From the NCBI GenBank assembly GCA_029717555.1, contig JAMDHS010000003.1:186001-250000 (forward strand): a DNA stretch of 64,000 bases, read 5' to 3'. The position numbers and the translations under genes were made by a program. Below the pieces are notes generated by a model. That model saw nothing but the letters and a program-made list of their open reading frames with translations, ran no database searches and was not told the origin of the DNA. Shown here piece by piece: positions 60,594 through 64,000 of the stretch. The DNA comes from Peribolospora baueri (Eukaryota). Numbering within the stretch: position 1 is the first letter of the stretch; each line of letters opens with the position of its first letter.

Positions 60594-61786
60594 TCAAATC
60601 TTGGGCTCCCAAGAAACACCGCAGCCGCACCCAGATCCTTTGGCCTGAGGGTTATTTCGAATGACGAACTGGGATCCGATGAGCTCTGTCACAAAATCTA
60701 TCGTGGAGCCCTTAATGAGGTTGAGAGAGATGCTGTCCACTAGGAGGGTCGCGGAGGGTGGTTGGGACTCGGTGGAGAGGCTGGCGGTAAAGGCGCTATC
60801 AGGGAGGATGGGAACAAGGGGTCAGGAATTCAAGTCGTTCATAGACTCAACAAATATTGACGCACGGACGATGTGGCAAGCTGTCCCTATGAAAAAATAG
60901 AACTAGACACGAGCTCGTTCAACTCACAAATCATCCTTCTCCTGGTCCGCGGTGTCGGCCAGCTCCATCTTGTACTGGTAACCGTGACATCCTCCAGGCT
61001 CTACGGCGATGCGAAGAGCCAGATTGGGGTTTTGTTCTCGAGTGGAAACGGCTGCCAGCCGCTTTTATAGCGGTGGTGGAGGTGCGCACGAAAGGAGGGA
61101 GGGAAAGACGAGTTGCAGGAACAGTTAGGAGCGAAGGAGGGCCGAAATGGAACATGTCGTTCAGTCAGCGCCTGAGAGATCCGTACGCAGGCACGTACGC
61201 AAAGGCGCACTCGGAGCCATTGGAACACTAGCATAAGTGACAAACTCACCTCCACAGCCCGTTCGGTAAGGATGACGCTCGGCTCCCCATCGCCTTCGTA
61301 AACCTCCGGCTCCTCCGGTTCCGAAGGCGCAGAGACGAGCCTGACTGTGGGGAGCGGCGGTACTTGCGGCGAGGAGGAGAGAGGAGTCTCCTGCGGAGCG
61401 GAGGCGCTGGGGATGGGGTTAGCCGTCATGGCGTAGGTTCGCCGTCCACGGTGGCGCATGCAGGACGCAAAGTCGTGAATGGAGGCGGGTACGACCCTCG
61501 TCCTCGCCCTCGTGCCCGGTGCGAAGCTGCCAAGAGACGTCGTGGCATCGGCCTGTTGACCATACAGGCGTCCGAAAGGAATGCGTTCGCTTCCGGCATC
61601 GTTGTGAGCGTCGTGGCGGGTGAGAGAATGCAAACACCGAGAGGAAACAGTGGAGACGATTGGACTGGCGCCACCGTCACCGCCACGATCGCCGGGGCGG
61701 GAGAGACTGGACTGGAGGGCGCGAGCGGCTCGCCTCGCCGCTGTGAGAGCAACTAATGGACGAGAAGAGGCGAGATGGGCTGACAT
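60594..61786 (-). CDS. ISA2: Mitochondrial A-type Fe-S cluster assembly protein (HesB family)
   Basis: Presequence, then VILTERAVE/RL...LRIAVEPGGCHGYQY / LVDSISLNLIKGSTIDFVTELIGSQFVIRNNPQAKGSGCGCGVSWEPKI*. Confidence 0.9.
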
Positions 61787-62615
61787 GATCAACCTCAGCA
61801 GATCTGTGGCGAGTGAGACGAAGGAAAGAGAGGGGATGATATCCGTGAGCGTCCAGCCGGGGACGTTCGCGAGAGCGAGCCAGCTCGATCACGCGGCGTT
61901 TAGTGGAGATAGCGGTGGTTGGGCAGTCGGATGCAGGTGAACGGGCACGTGCACGGGCAACCATTTGCCATCCACAGTTGGATGTTTGTCACTCCTGCTG
62001 TCTGCCTCTCCCATCTCCTCTCTAACGTGGGCGATGCTAGCTTTGCCAGGGAGGCTCGTGAAGAGCATGGCAGCAGTACGGGACAGAAGAGATCGCATAT
62101 TGCTTTGCGTGGGAATGCTGACGATGGAATGAGACCCCCTCATGTCTTTTCTCCAAAGTCCCTGTCATCCCCGTTTGTCCAGCCGCGCGTCCATCCAGTT
62201 CTCCAGGTCCTGGGCTTTGAAAATTGTTTGTCGCCGGTCGAGCTGGGTGCGTTTTGCTATGTTTTCACGTTGTCGCCGTTTGGGCAGCGCGTCGGGCAGT
62301 TCGACCAGGATCGCGCTGGCGCACGTATAAAGTCAGGGTCCAGTCCGATCCCTTTCAAGCACGCTTCTCACACGACCCATCCACTCCCCTTTCCCTTCCT
62401 CGGGTCTTTTCTCTTTCTTGTTCCTATTCCCCCTTTCGCTTGCTCTTTTTACTTTCCTTCCTGGTAGCGCGCACAGCCGTCACGCTCGAGGGGAAACCAA
62501 CTTCGCTTTAAAACTCGTTGCACTTGGGCCTACCGCTTGGCCGCTTCGACTGAGCTTTCTCGCCTAAAGCCGATTTGCTTCTGTGCAGCCAGTTTCTTCA
62601 AGGGACCCACCGATC

Positions 62616-63954
62616 ATGTCATTCCAGAGGGTACAAGCGGGTGCTCTCCGTCAGCCCACGAGGCGCCGGCTGGTATCCTTGGGTCCTTGCCCAGACCACG
62701 CCCCCGACGTCCCGCCCGGGGGGTTTGTTGCCCACCAACCAACAGAAGCAACGCGGCCGCTGCCTTTACTTCCAATCGAGCTCAAACTCAAGATATTCGA
62801 ATACGCCGCAAGCATCAACTCGCAGACTGCGTTGAACGTTGCGCTCGTCGCGCACTGGACGACCGAAGTGGCCCTCCAAGAGATGTACCGCAGGGTCGTC
62901 TTGCAGTCGACGTCCCAGTACCTCCGCTTCAGTTACCTTTGTAAAGTGGCACGCTGGAGAGAGGTAGATCACAGGACGGCATCGCGACAGGAATTGTTCG
63001 ACAAGCTGCGTTGGTTCCAAGAGAGCTCATCATGGGAGGAGTGGTGTCAGTTCTTGGAAGATGGCGGCAGGCAACGACGTCGCGAACGGGCGTTCAGAGT
63101 CCGAGCGAGGAAGCTCCTCGACCAGATCGAGGAGCTGGTGCTGCTGCCGGTTAGGAAGGGAGAAGTTTTAATTCCTCACAATACTCCCACCCTTTATATG
63201 CTCAGAGACATCTTCGCCACTGTGAGTCGTTGCTCCCTCTCCTTGGACACGCTTTAGAAAACAAATTTTGCTCGCATTCTAACGTTCCCCTTTCTTGATC
63301 ATGCGACGACAGTGTGTCCCCAAAAAGGGCCTCGTCTCTATTCCCTTCAACAACTTCTATACCGGTGGAATAGTTTGGGCTGGCGGCCTGGTTGCCGAAT
63401 CGACTGCCGATTCGCTTGCCGCGGCCGAACGATGGCGCGGACCTGCCTTTATCACCCTCGCAGGTCCGGTCTACGACCTTCATCCTTGGACGAGGGACAT
63501 GACCCATCTGCACCTCGCCGTGATGAGCTGGCCCTGCACAACAAGGAGCATGTTTTTCTACCCCACGAAGTTGACGCACTTGGCTTTTGGCGATGCTTTC
63601 GCCTTTTCCAATCGCCAATCTCTCCAAGGCGTCATGGATATGGTCATCACCTCAGCTATTACCTTGCTTACGGACCGCAGGATGTTTGCGCGCCGGCTGC
63701 ATGTCCTCTTGTTCACATTTCCCCGCGATGCTTTCTATCTAAAGGCGGACCCCGCCCGCATCGTCGCACTCGACTCGGCCCTACGATCGGCCCTGCGGGA
63801 GACCAGGAACACGCTGGAGATAAGGTACGTCGAGCTACCTTGCGCGAGGGAGGACATCCTCACCTGGACCGCCCAGGAAGACGTCGAGGCCATATGGAGG
63901 CTGCCGACGGCGCCGTTCATTCAAGCCGCGCTCAACAGCGCTCATGCCGCATAG
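62616..63954 (+). CDS. Hypothetical F-box-like protein (exons 62616-63221 and 63313-63954)
   Basis: LPLLPIELKLKIFEYAA...ALNVALVAHW...EMYRRVVL resembles fungal F-box-like motifs; MTHLHL and LTHLAF are LRR-like; the GT-AG intron joins the two ORFs in frame. Confidence 0.55.
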
Positions 63955-64000
63955 GGCCCTCACATCACATCCTTTCGCCGAATCTCAGTCGTCTATTGGT

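Noticed and set aside
1..64000. tRNA, rRNA or transposable elements
   Set aside because: No cloverleaf, rRNA-like segment, transposase or reverse transcriptase motif, LTR or TIR was recognised by eye; small ncRNAs cannot be excluded without a covariance-model search.

Overview
Eukaryotic, GC-rich and intron-dense DNA, most consistent with a basidiomycete fungus (short GT-AG introns with GTGAGT/GTAAGT donors; fungal-type Cch1, Fur4-type NCS1 and GH5 glucanase). About 21 protein-coding genes were reconstructed by manual splicing: RPN8 (runs off the window), PRE6, Mis6/CENP-I-like, UBP3, an R3H-SUZ protein, ERG1, BET4, a GH5 exo-beta-1,3-glucanase, SVP26, MRPL23, an intronless KilA-N/APSES (Bqt4-like) protein, an ArsB-like transporter, CUS1/SF3B2, VMA13, MRPL17, eIF3a, CCH1, an NCS1 permease, a DCG1-like allantoin/hydantoin racemase, ISA2 and an F-box-like protein. 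Sixteen genes lie in eight head-to-head pairs. The strongest lead is the divergent NCS1 permease and racemase pair, which shares a perfect inverted GATAAG pair and may be a nitrogen-regulated allantoin/hydantoin uptake module. Other leads are the RPN8/PRE6 proteasome pair, the ERG1/BET4 isoprenoid pair, 5- and 6-nt microexons, two GC-AG introns and MCB boxes at the kinetochore gene. No rRNA, tRNA, CRISPR array or transposon was recognised. All identities come from motif recognition by eye, not database searches.
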